Both the position numbers and the translations under genes were made by a program. Of a DNA stretch of 64,000 nt, positions 15,105 through 31,750 are shown piece by piece. This DNA is from the human T2T-CHM13v2.0 reference genome, Homo sapiens. The DNA lies in NCBI RefSeq assembly GCF_009914755.1, contig NC_060926.1; one strand, written 5' to 3'. The number at the start of each line of letters is the position of its first letter. Within the stretch, counting starts at the first letter, position 1. The notes below the pieces were generated by a model. It had not been told where the DNA came from. It saw only the letters and a list, made by a program, of their open reading frames with translations, and did not search any database.

Positions 15105-17360
15105 GGAAACAATGTAAGCCGCAAGACAATGGAGTAATATTTAAGTTCAGAAAGGAAAAGCTATCAATTTAGAATTCATTCCTGACAAAAATATCATTAA
15201 TAAAGGCAAAATACATTTTTCAGACAGACAAAAGCTGAGAGAATTTTTTACCTGTGCTTTTAAGGAATGTTAAAGGAAGTGTTTTAGCCTGAAAAAAATT
15301 ATTCCGGATGGAAATCGAAACTTACACAAAAGGAATGAAGATGACAGGAAATGGTAAAAATGTGTGGAAATAGAAAATATTTCTTCTCAATTTTTAATTT
15401 ATTTAAAAGATAATTGTTTACAGTAAAATATTTTAATGTTTTATAGGATTTATAGCACTTAGCAGTAAAATGTAGAAGTGTAACAAAGAAATTTTAAAAA
15501 ACAATAATAGCCCAATGATGGGAAGGGGAAAAAATGGAAGTATAATTCTGTAAGCTTCTTATATTATGTTAAAAGTGGTATAATACCATTTGGAGGTAGA
15601 TGGTTCTAGTTACGATGTTTATTATGAACCTTAGAGAAACTACTAAAAAATATACTGGGCACATCTAATCAGCGACCAAATCTTAAAGTTGGAGTGCTAT
15701 ATTAATATTAGACAAGGTAGATTTTAGAGCAAGGAGTATATTTCTAGAAATAAAGAGGATCTTTTTATAATGATAAAGGGGTCAGTTTGTCATATATACC
15801 TAATAACAGAATATCAAAATACTTGAGGCAAAAACTGACAGAATTGGAAGGAGAAATAATCTATAATTGTATAGTTGGATATTTTAACAGTCCTCTCTTA
15901 GTAATTGATAGAATAAGTAGACATATATTTAAGAAATGAGATCTTAATTTAAAACCTTTCTGAAAGAAACCTCAGGCCCAAATGGCTTCACTGGTGATTT
16001 ATATCAAATGTTTAAAGAAGAAACAATATGAATCTTAAACTCTTCCAATAAATGCAAGAGGGTATGCTTTCCAAGTTGTTTTATGGGATCAGCCTTGTCT
16101 TGGATACTAAAACTAAAGATATGACCTATCCCTAATGAACATAGAGATTTTTTTCAAGAACATAATAATTATTAACTAAATAATTGCAAACCAAATCCAG
16201 GAATTTATGAAAAGAATAATACATCATGACTCAAATGGACTTTATTCCAGGAATGCAAGGTTGGTTTCACATTTAAAATCAAAGTAATTAGCTGCCTTAA
16301 TGGAGTAAAGAAGAAAAATCATACCATCATAGTAGGCATAGACAAAGCATTTGATGAAATACACCTCATGATAACTCAGGAATCTAGGAACAGGAACATT
16401 TGTTTAATGTGCTAAATTTTGTACAGTTAACACACTTTAATGGCAGAGCATTTAGTCTAGAGCTTCCTAAGGTCAAATAAAGAACAACAGTATATTAGAG
16501 GTTGTAGATAATAAAATAAAGCAAGAGAAATAAGTCAGAAGATGTAAACGTGCCTTTATTTAGACTGTGTTGTTATATACATAGAAAATCCTAAATAACC
16601 TACCTTCTCCACAAAAAAAGAGCAACTAGAATTAATAAGTGAATGTAACAGGTTGCAGGATACAAGGTCAGTGTACCAAAACCAATTGTATTATTTTTCT
16701 TTTTTCTCTTTTCTCTCTTCTCTCCCCTCCCCTCCCTTCCCCCTCAGCCTTCCCCTCTTCCCTCCCCTCCCCCAAAACCTTCCCCTCCTTTCTCCTTTCC
16801 TTCCCTGTACTTTCCTTTTGTCTCACTCTGTCACCCAGGCTGGAGTGCAGTGGCACCATATCAGCTCACTGCAACCTCCGCCTCCCAGGTTCTAGCAATT
16901 CTTATGCCACAGCCTCTGCAGTAGCCGGGATTATAAGTGTGTGCCACCACACCCGGTTAATTTTTTGTATGCTAGTAGCTGGGATTACAGGTGTGTGCCA
17001 CCACACTGGGCTAATTTTTTGTATCTTTAGTAGAGACTGGGTTTTGCTGTGTTGGCCAGGCTGGTCTCGAACTCCTGGCCTCAAGTGATCTGCCCACGCC
17101 GGCCCCACAAAGTGCTGGGATTACAGGCGTGAGCAGCTGCACCTGCTTAATCAATTGGAGTTCTGTGTTTAGCAGCAAACAATGAGAAAATGAAATGTAA
17201 AAATATATTATTTACAATAGCATCCAACAAATGAAAATGAAATGGGGATAAATTTTAAAAATATATGCAAGGCTTAGACATGGAAAACTACAAAATATCG
17301 CTGAGAGAACTAAAGACAGCCCAAATAAAGAGAGCTATACCGTATTCATGGATTAGAAGG
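15105..17360 (+). mobile_element. Old L1M ORF1/ORF2 remnants with inserted Alu
   Basis: caggcccaaatggcttcactggtga, tttattccaggaatgcaaggttggtt, tattcatggattagaagg. Confidence 0.8.
16694..17148 (-). mobile_element. Alu with CT-rich expanded tail (16694-16818) and internal 54-bp duplication
   Basis: Antisense Alu; see findings. Confidence 0.92.
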
Positions 17361-17364
17361 CTCA

Positions 17365-17740
17365 CATCACTCTGCTCAAAATGCTCCCTGTGTTTCTTGA
17401 ACATGCCAAACATATTTGCATGTCAAATCCATTGTACTTGTTATTTTCTCTGCCTGGAACACTCTCCCCAAATAGTCACATGGCCTGTTCCCTTACCTTA
17501 AGGTCTTTGCTCAAATATCTCTCAGTGCGTCATTCCTTGACCACCTCATATAAGATAGCTCTTCCTCCTGTTCTTGTTCATAGGATTTATTATTACTAAC
17601 GTCAGAGATTTGAAATTGGGGGGAATGGGTAATACCCTTTCATAAGTTCCCCCAACAGAAGGACTTTGCCTTATTCATTGCCAAGTGTGTAGTAAGTGTG
17701 GTTTACCCTACTGAAACTCATGTTACTATAATGTGAATTA
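17365..17740 (+). mobile_element. L2 3' fragment
   Basis: tctctgcctggaacactctcccca...tctttgctcaaatatc. Confidence 0.7.
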
Positions 17741-17825
17741 GCTTATAGCCAATTGTTAAAAAGTGAATGATATCGCAATAATGAGGAAATCATGTTGGGT
17801 CATATGTGCTTTTCCCTAGTGTATT

Positions 17826-17889
17826 ATGTTTTGGTACATGGTACACCATGTTTTGGTACATGGTACGTGTTTTTGGTACATGGTATACC
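17826..17889. repeat. Three-copy ~20-bp minisatellite (TGTTTTGGTACATGGTAC core)
   Basis: Read directly from the sequence. Confidence 0.9.
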
Positions 17890-18550
17890 AAGTACATTAT
17901 TATTACAGTTGATTGCAGCAGTATGTCCCAGAGGAATACAAAAGTGTGCACATGGAATTCATCCCTCAGCCTTGCCATTGGTACAGTTTGGCCAAGGGAA
18001 GTTTATAAGGTTCTATGTAATTTTTGTACATTTTACCCCTTCTTTCATAGTTCTGCAGTTTCAGTCGTTATATCCCTTTTCATCGAGTTACCTTCATCTT
18101 TTTTAAGGGTAAAATTCGATACTTATGGTTGCTTCTTTATTAAGAATTCATGTATTTTTAATAGTGCTAGTATTTTTAGTTTTCTGGACAAAGTTGCTTA
18201 TGAGTAACTACCTCAAACCTAACTTTTCTTATAAGCCTGATTATTTTTAATTTGTGATTTTGCAGAACTAAAGGGTTATTTAGGAATGTGTATATTGCAT
18301 TGTACTAGAAATGCTTGTATTATCCCCAGTTACAACTAGTCTCTTAGTTGTAGTTGGCAAAAGTTCAATTTAGCTTTGATTCTGTCACCCAGAATTTTTC
18401 AGTATCAAGGAACTTCTTCCATCTCAACCCATTTCAGAAATCAAAATGAGTGGAGCTACAGCATGTGGCAAAAGGAATAATGGATAAAATAATTGGACTT
18501 CATCAAAATGAACTCTTGTGCATCAAAGGGCATATTAAAGTGAAACAACA

Positions 18551-18850
18551 GGCCGGGGGCGGTGACTCACGCCTGTAATCCCAGCACTTTGGGAGGCAGA
18601 GGCGGGTGGATCACTTGAGGGCAGGAGTTTGAGACCAGCCTGACCAACATAGTAAAACCTCATCTCTACTAAAAATAAAAAAAATTAGCTGGGTGTGGTG
18701 ACGCGCGCCTGGTATTCTGGCTACTCGGGAGGTTGAGGCAGGAGAATCGCTTGATCTGGGAGGCAGAGGTTGTGGTGAGCTGAGATTGCGCCACTGCACT
18801 CCAGCCTGGGTGGCAGAGCAAGACTGTGTCTCAAAAAAAAAAAAAAAAAA
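18551..18850 (+). mobile_element. Alu (AluS-like)
   Basis: Full length; A18 tail at 18833-18850. Confidence 0.96.
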
Positions 18851-18976
18851 GTTATGCAAAAAGACAGCACTTTCAGGTCACCAGCTTGACCTTCTTCCAA
18901 GTGTATTTTCCTTCGCTTTGTTCCTGCTCTAAAGCTTTTTAATAAACTTTCACTCCAGCTCTAAAAAAAGAAAAGA
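18851..18976 (+). mobile_element. ERV1-type LTR fragment (MER50-like) ending at its poly(A) site with an A-rich tail
   Basis: cttcttccaagtgtattttcc...cctgctctaaagctttttAATAAActttcactccagctct then aaaaaaagaaaag. Family assignment from recall. Confidence 0.65.
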
Positions 18977-19058
18977 AGTAAAAAGACGGTACAGAATGGA
19001 AGAAAACATTTGCAAGTCATGTATCTGATCAAGATTAAGATTCCAAAATATATAAAGA

Positions 19059-19636
19059 GACTGGGCGCAGTGGCTCACACCTGTAACCCCAGCACTTTGG
19101 GAGACTGAGGCGAGTGGATCACCTGAGGTCGAGAGTTCGAGACCAGCCTGACCAACATGGAGAAACCCTGTCTCTACTAAAAATACAAAAAAATTAGCTG
19201 GGCATGGTGGCGCATGCCTGTAATCCCAGCTACTTGGGAGGCTGAGATAGGAGAATCACTTGAACCCAGGAGGCAGAGGTTTCAGTGAGCTGAGATCACA
19301 CCATTGCACTCCAGCCTGGGCAACAAGAGCAAAACTGTCTCCAAAAAAAAAAAAAAAAAGGGGGGGGGCAAAGGGGCCCGATGCGGTAGCTCACGCCTGT
19401 AATCCCAGCACTTTGGGAGGCTGAGGAGGGTGGATCACCTGAGGCCAGGAGTTCAAGACCAGCCTGTCCAACATGACAAAACCTCATCTCTACTAAAAAT
19501 ACAAAAAAAAGTAACTGAGTCTGGTGGCAGTCCCCTGTAATCCCAGCTACTTGGGAGGCTGAGGCTGCGGTGAGCTGAGCTTACACCATTGTACTCCAGC
19601 CTGGGCAACAAGAGCGAAACTCCGTCTCATAAAAAA
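19059..19636 (+). mobile_element. Two tandem Alus (19059-19359; 19375-19636 with internal deletion)
   Basis: Sense Alu sequences. Confidence 0.94.
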
Positions 19637-20709
19637 TGGGCAAAGGACTTGTGGAGTTCAAAGACGTACAAGTGATCAACAAACACATGGAAAGTTCTCA
19701 ACATCATTAGTCATTAAAGAAATGCACATAAAAAACCACAATGAGGTATCATTTCCTACCCACTAGGATGGCTATTTAAAAACACAAAAGGAAAGTAACA
19801 AGTATGATTGAGGACGTGGAGAAATTGGAGCCCTTATACGTTGCTCATGTGAATGTAAAATGGTACAGCCACCATGGCAATTCCTTAAAAAGTTAAACTA
19901 AGGTTTCCCATGTGACTCAGCAGTTCCACCTGTTGTGTATGCCCAAAAGAATTGAAAACAGATACTCAAATACATGTATATGCATATTCATAGCAGCTCT
20001 ATTCATAAAAGCCAAAAGGTGGAATTTAACAGCTCTATTCATAAAAGCCAAAAGGTGGAAACAATTTAGATTTCCATCAGGAGATGATTGGATAGACAAA
20101 TTATGGTGTACGCATACAGTGGAGTATTATTCAGTCATAAAAACGGTATACTAATATGTGCTGCATAATACGGACGGACCTTAAACATACTAAGTGAAAG
20201 AAGCCAGACACAAAAGCTAACATGTTGTTTGCTTCTATTTCATGAAGTATCCAAAATAGGTAAATCCACTGAGACAGAATACAGATGAGTGGTTTCCAGG
20301 GACTGGAGGGGAGGGGAGAATGGGAAGCTGCTGAATGGATATGGGGTCGTTTTGAGGTGATGAAAACATGTTGCAACTATTTAGAGGTGGAGGTTACACA
20401 ACATTATGAATTGTTCACTTTCTTTTTTCTTTTTTTTTGTTCGCTTTAAAGTGGTCAGTTTACTGTGAATTTTACCTCAAAAAATAAAAATGAACAGAAC
20501 TTAGTGTAGGTTAAAAGCATGCATGGTATGAATCAGACATGGTACTGAATACTGGTTCTGCCATCTGTTAATCCTGCAACTTTAAGTAAATTACCTTGAA
20601 CTCCCTGTTTTATAAAATAGGCATATTGGTACTCTCAGGATTTTTATGAATAGTGAGACAGTATATGTGAAATGCTTAGCACTCTTAGTAATTACCTAGT
20701 AAACATTAG

Positions 20710-21043
<334 letters not shown>

Positions 21044-21969
21044 TTTCTGCTGTTACTTTTTATTTTATTCCTCATTTGCAGAAAGGAAATAATACTATGA
21101 ACTAGGATTATCCTGAGGTTTTAATGAGTTAATCCATGCAAAGATCTTCTAACAGTGCCAGGCACATTGTAAAATGTTAACTACGCTGTTACTATTATTA
21201 CACAAAAGGATCTTTAGAGGAAACTTTCACATTCTACATTTTCACATCTGCATACAGATAAAGAAACAAATACCCATATTGGAAAATGACCTTTTCAAAA
21301 TGTATACTGTTAGTAACAAAGCTAAGACTAGAACCTGGTCTTGAAATCCAATGCCTAAGCGGCATTCAAACGATACAGGTGTATGATTATTTCCTTTCCA
21401 GGTAGGTGGAAAACACTTGATTTTCACTTGTTAAAAACCCCAGAAATGGATCATTTAACTATAAATGATGGTTTGGTTATTTGGTTGGTTGGTTCTGCCT
21501 GCATTAATTACTGTGTATTGATAAGTCATCAGAAGCCAAGCTCTGGAAAACTGATAGAGTGGCTAGAGGTTGCAGTTACTCCTCTTGCCACTGGATGGTG
21601 CTTCTGCAACATCATTAAGGCAGATATGGTGGCTGATACTGTTTTTCTCTTGAGCAGCTAAAAATTGAAATACTCTTGAGCTGGGCCCTAGGAATCTGTA
21701 AAAAGTGAGAATTTCCTTTAGTGTGTTTTTACATAAGCAAAACCAAAAAAGGAATCACTGTTTGGATCAAACCCTGTGATTTCTGTGCTAATTTAGCAAA
21801 TGGTAATGTTGCAGGAGAGTCTGATTATTTCTTCTGACAGAATTTCAGAGGGTGGTAGGCTTTTCTAGCATCTCTTATTAGCTGAGCTATTGACTTTCCT
21901 CTCATCTCTCAATTTTATAAGCTTTTCCACCCTGTTCATCTTTAGTTTAACTTGCCCCCCCACCAAGTT

Positions 21970-22263
21970 GGAGTCTTGCGAATCTTGCTCTGTCGCCCAG
22001 GCTGGAGTGCAGTGGTGCGATCTCGTCTCACTGCAACCTCCCCCTCCCCGGTTCAAGTGATTCTCAAGTGATTATCCTGTCTCAGCCTCCTGAGTGGCTG
22101 GGATTACAGGCGCCCGCCACCATACCCAGCCAATTTTTGTATTTTTAGTAGACACAGGGTTTCACCGTGTTGGCAAGACTGGTCTCGAACTCCTGACCTC
22201 GTGATCCGCCCACCTGGGCCTCCCAAAGTGCTGGGATTACAGGCATGAGCCACCATGCCCGGC
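21970..22263 (-). mobile_element. Alu
   Basis: Antisense Alu with no recognisable polyT tail. Confidence 0.93.
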
Positions 22264-22484
22264 TTATCTTCAGTTTTTCTTAGGTGTTTGCATGTGGGTA
22301 TATAGGGTGGGGGAGGGTGGAAAGTACACACTAATGAAACCATGATATTTACTTGAAAAAAGTTTAGCGCTATGAAAGTTGTGTTTGAATGTGACTACAG
22401 GAGAAAAACTGGAGGGAATAAGACTGGAGAGGTGGCTTGGGGCCATGCTCAGAAATATATTTATTCATAGAGAGTGATGATTGA

Positions 22485-22890
<406 letters not shown>

Positions 22891-23993
22891 TTAGAAGTCT
22901 TATTACTTCAGGGCTGTGACAGTGAAGCAGCAACTGCAACAACAAATTCTTGCCCTGTATGCACCTGTGCCTTACCTTTCCCAAACATTTTTAGGCTTTT
23001 TCTTCTGTTATTCAACTCCATATTCTGTAGTCATATGTTTCTAAACTTTAAAAAAACCTAGTCTTAGAAACACTCTTCTTGTTATGGAAGATGAGAATTT
23101 AATACTCTTACACCACCAGATATTCCTGGCACCTCTTTCTTAATCATTTCAATTAGTAATAAATATTTTGGTTAACTGCTAAGCCAAGTAGTGTGCTATA
23201 ATTGCATTTTCTTTTTCGGACAACTTTTTGTTTTTTTGTTTTTATTGTAGTTTACAGTTCGTTGTTACATTTGCCTAGATTTCAAGGCACTGTCTCTTCT
23301 TTATCTCATGTGGAATTGTCAGATCCTTTTGTTTTTCATATAAATTCTAATACTGTTTCCTCCTTCCCACTCCCAGGAAAAATCCCCCCTGGAACTTTTC
23401 TGTTCTGAACTGGTTGCTCTCTAGGCAATTTTGTCTACCCTTTACTTCACACTGTTGAATGGATTTCATTTCTTCCTCTTTGTTGGTTTGGTAAAGCAAT
23501 TTCTTAGTGCTATCTTAGAAAGGATGCATGGGAGCTAAATATTTTGAGATCTTCCATGTCTGGGAATGCCTTTCATTTGGTTTTGGCTGGATATAGGTTG
23601 AAAGTATTTTTAAAAGATACTGTCATTTTGTCTTCTGGATTTTAGTGTTATTGAGAAGTTGAGAGTTGATCTTTTAAGGTGGCTTAGTTTGTTTCTGCGC
23701 ATACTTTTATAAACTATTTCTGGTATTTTGAAATTTCATTGTGATGTACTTTGGTGTAAGTTTTATGCTTATTGTTCATTATGCTAGGTTCTTGGTGGGT
23801 TTTTCAGTTTAGAAGTAGATTCTTTTAGTTCTGTTTTCTTGCCTTTTTTTTTTTATTATTTTCTATATGTCACTTTCTTTGTTCTTTTTCAAACTTCTGT
23901 TAGATGTCAGACCTCTTGGTTTGCTTTTCTAATTTATTATGTCTCACACTGCCTCTGTTAACTTTTTTTTTTCCCTTAATTGTTTTGATATCT

Positions 23994-24297
23994 GGCTGGA
24001 TGCAGTGGCTCATGTTTGTAATCCCAGCACTTTGGGAGACCAAGGAGGGCGGATCACATAAGGCCAGGAGTTCAAGACCAGCCTCCCCAACATAGTGAAA
24101 CCCCCTCTCTACTAAAATTACAAAAGTTAACTGGGTGTGGTGGCACAGGCCTATAGTCCCAGCCGCTCTGGGCACTGCAGCAGAAGAAAGGCTTGAACCT
24201 GAGAGGTGGAGGTTGCAGTGAGCTGAGATCATGCCACCGCATTCAAGCTTGGGCAAAAGAGCGAGACCCTGTCTCCCCCCCCAAAAAAAAAAAAAAA
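23994..24297 (+). mobile_element. Alu within an old antisense L1ME-like fragment (~23480-24310)
   Basis: TSD tgatatct. Confidence 0.92.
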
Positions 24298-24439
24298 TTC
24301 TGATATCTCATTGGAACCTTTGGCCTGAGGCGCTAAAAAGCTGATGGAAAGCAGAGTAGAAAAGGGTGGGGCTTGTCAAGTGATGTTTCAAATTAAGGGC
24401 AAAACATGTTTCTCAGGGACTCTTTAATTTCTCCAGAAA

Positions 24440-25790
<1,351 letters not shown>

Positions 25791-27096
25791 GAAGGATCCT
25801 TAACCTCCAAATTTAAAAGGTTTAGTAATAGAACCTAGTAGTTGTGATTATTGACTAGAAGAAATGTGAGGGAAACTCAAGGAGTCCAAAATGAGGCTTC
25901 TATCTTGACCAGTTAGATTAAGTAGGTACCTGAAAACAGCCCAAATTCTTAGACATTTTCCAGTGATGCCTAGTTTCCATGCCAGGGGGTTTAGCGCTTT
26001 CAGATTGTATCCTTATTTCATCTTTCTTCAGGCAAGTTTCCTGAAATAGTATCAGTTGTCACACTTGTCATTAAGATTAATTAATAAATTGTATACCTAG
26101 CTGAAGTTGTTGGTCATGTTCAGGGTTAGTCTAGACAGCCGGGTCATTTTAGGATGATTTTCTGAGAAATTCTTAAAGAAAAACAATATGGACTGTAGAA
26201 GTAGGGTTAGGTTAAATGGTGGGTAAATGACCCTTTTTTCTTTTGATTGTGTATGAGAAACATAATGGGGCAAGCTGAAAGATTTTGACTGATTAAAAAG
26301 CAGACTGGCTCAAATTAAGAGGGCAGCAATAAGGTAAACCCAAGAGTTTGAAGGGATAGGGGCATTATTGTAGATTCTAGGGATAACAGGTTTTGTTGAA
26401 GGTTGGTGTTAAACCATTTCTTGGTGAGAGGTTAGTTATGAAAAATGAGATGCAGAGTAGAGCTAAGGTATGGGCAGGAAACTCACTGAATGATATTGTT
26501 TCTTCCTTTTATATGGTGAGCATTTCCCTACCCCAGGACCTCTTTGCAGAAGTTTATGGGCAAGGACTTTGTTTTCTTTTTTCTTCCGTGGATCCCCAGA
26601 ATATTTGGACCAAAAATAATTTTTTCCCTGGAAAAATGTATGAAGTCTTTATTTGAAGTTTTAATTATTGGTGTATACTATCATCCATCTGCCATGGAAA
26701 GACAATGTCAGCAATATGGATCAAACCAATATTCTTTAGAAACACATAACAGGTTTTAATTATCTCATAATATATATTTAAGATTGCAGCACATATTTTC
26801 TTCTGAAGTTCGATTTACCTTTAGGTCTGTTTATGTATTTAGATTGCTTAATTAAATGTTCACTATCAGTTGAGGCTTGCATAGATACCTCTTTTGTGTT
26901 TGTTCCACAGGAGCAAAACTGAATCTCGAAAGATAAATGAAGTTTACCAGGAAAAGAAAACTGGGATGAGGAGAGGATTTACGAAGTAGCATATGCTAAA
27001 CGAGAGACATGAGAAAACATGATGATCAGGGATGTCATGTAGACTGAAGACTTTGATACTAAGAGGCATTTTCACAATTTTATCCTGAAAGCATAG

Positions 27097-28182
<1,086 letters not shown>

Positions 28183-28650
28183 CCCACTTAGTAATTTTAA
28201 TCATGTTAAGTAATTATTGCATTTGAAAATTTGGGGGTTCGGTTGTCTTTGTTAACTTACTCAAAATGGGTAAGTTTTATGTGGCGTTTAATGTTTCTTA
28301 ATTTAATGAGCTAGTATTAAATAGAGTTTTATTTGTGGGAATCCTGTAGGGTCTGAAGAAAGGATTTGTACCTTCAGACAGTTTTTACGTTTGCTGTTAA
28401 TAGCCAAGGATCATTTTTTATGTATTCGGATTGTCAAATCTGAACCATGAGGCCTGGTATCAGAAACTTCCTTATGATCGCCCTTTGCCAGTGAATAGTT
28501 GTGTTTTGTTTTTTTCCCTAGGCAACTCTCACTAAGATTGTAGTCCTTTCTGGGTTTCAGGCAAAGAATTTATTGGTTCCAATTACTTAAAGCCTCCAGA
28601 CCTAGACCTTTCATCGTGTTCTCAGTATGGCTGTTAAAAATGCAAGCTCA

Positions 28651-29258
28651 GGCCGGGCGCGGTGGCTCATGCCTATAATCCTAGCACTTTAGGAGGCCAA
28701 GGTGGGCGGATCACGAGATCAGGAGATCGAGACCATCCTGGCTAACACGGTGAAACCCCGTCTCTACTAAAAATACAAAAAATTAGCCAGGCATGGTGGC
28801 GGATGCCTGTAGCCCCAGCTAGTCAGGAGGCTGAGGCAGGAGAATGGCATGAACCCGGGAGGCGGAGCTTACAGTGAACTGAGATAGCGCAATTGCACTC
28901 CAGCCTGGGCGACAGAGCGAGACTCCGTCTCAAAAAAAAAAAAAGCAAGCTCAGGTTGGACGCAGTGGCTCACGCCCGTAATCCTGACATCTTGGGAGTC
29001 TGTGGCAAGAGGATCACTTGAGCCCAGGAGTTGGAGCACCAGCCTGGGCAACATATTGGGACGTCGTTTCTACAAATAATACAAGAATTAGCTGGGCAGG
29101 GTGGCACATACCTGTAGTCCCAGCTACTCAGGAGGCTGAGGTGGGAGGATCACCTGAGCCCAGGAGGTCGAGGCTGCAGTGAGCCATGACTGACACTGCA
29201 CTCCATCCTGGGTGACAGAGCGACAGCCAGTCTCCAAAAAACAAAACAGAACAAAAAG
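28651..29258 (+). mobile_element. AluY (28651-28944) followed by AluJ-like element (28954-29258)
   Basis: AluY diagnostics gagatcgagaccatcctggctaacacgg and gagaatggc...ggagctt. Confidence 0.95.
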
Positions 29259-29711
29259 CAAGCTCTTTGGTTTTGTTCTCACAGCCCTGCCACTGCCGAA
29301 GTGCAAGTAACGCCTATTTATCTGCTCTGGTTTTCAGTTCCGTCTTTATTTCTGGTGTACAGCAATTTCTCTTGGAGAAATTTATTGCCAGTGTGCTTGA
29401 TATATGAAACATTTCTGGATGTTTTGTAGTGAAATAAGTTTCAGTTTATTGGGACTGCTCTATTGCTGGGATTGAATAACTCAAATTTGTCTGCAAATTT
29501 ACTTAATATTCCTTTTATAAACAGATGTTAGCCCTGTCTTTCACTTTGCTTTTTACTGTCTTTTTACTCCATTTATTGCTTTCAAGTCAAATGGACTATT
29601 GCTGTCATTCATAACATGATACAGTCACAGAGCAGCTTCAGAATTCTGATGTAGAAAGTGTAAGGATGTATGCCAGAACTTTAGAGTATTTTTGTAGTGT
29701 GCTTGCCATAG

Positions 29712-29780
29712 TGGGTGGGTGGGCGGATGGATGGCTGGATGGATGGCTGGCTGGCTGGATGGATGGATGGATGGATGGAT
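29712..29780. repeat. Compound tetranucleotide repeat (TGGG/TGGA/TGGC)n
   Basis: Read directly from the sequence. Confidence 0.95.
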
Positions 29781-29989
29781 CTTCTAGTAATGTTTAGTTT
29801 GCGGCTTATGCCTTTTTCTGGATTGACTTTGTTTTGAAGGTACCTTTTTCTTTCTCTAGTAACTTCTTTTCTACTCTGTCAAGTTAAGCCCTATAGGGAA
29901 CTACTTTTGAAAACTTGGCTTTTTTGATCTTTGGAACATACTTTAAGAATTACTGACTTAACCTGTTCTTTTGGTATTTGACCCCTTCT

Positions 29990-31270
<1,281 letters not shown>

Positions 31271-31404
31271 TCCTTTGTTCTGCAGCTTAGTGAAGGCAAT
31301 ATTTTTCCCCCACTAGGAACCTTTTTATTCGTATGTGTTAGAATATTAGATATTTTAAATTTTACTTTCTTATATCCTAATTTGTAAAAACTCACTCTTT
31401 CTTC

Positions 31405-31750
31405 TTTTTCTTTCTTTCTTTCTTTCTTTTTTTTTTTTTTTTTTTTTTTGAGACATGGTCTTGTTCTGTTGCCCAGGCTCAAGTGCAGTGGCACAATTAA
31501 AGGCTCACTGCAACCTCTGCCTCTTGGGTTCAAGGGATTCTTCCACCTCAGCCTCCTGAGCAGCTGGGACTACAGTTGTGTGCCACTATGCCTGGCTAAT
31601 TTTTTGTGTTTTTAGTATTTTTGTATTTTTAGTAGAAACAGGGTTTCACCATGTGCCCAGGCTGGTCTCGAACGCCTGGGCTTACACCATCTGCCCACCT
31701 CAGCCTCTCAAAAGTGCTGGGATTAGAGGCGTGAGCCACCATGCCCAGCC
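31405..31750 (-). mobile_element. Alu (AluJ-like), ~220 bp upstream of exon 2
   Basis: Antisense Alu with a long T/CTTT tail. Confidence 0.93.

Larger units (their letters stand above)
18480..20490 (+). mobile_element. L1MB-type 3' end interrupted by Alus and an LTR fragment
   Basis: ttggacttcatcaaaat, acagaatggaagaaaacatttgcaagtcat, cccactaggatggcta, aagtgaaagaagccagacacaaaag. Confidence 0.88.

Noticed and set aside
17826-17889. Repeat array as CRISPR-like
   Set aside because: Eukaryotic intron, no unique spacers, no cas genes; a simple minisatellite.
28522-28650. Novel cassette exon after a strong acceptor
   Set aside because: No convincing donor nearby, so it is not called as a feature (acceptor noted in findings).
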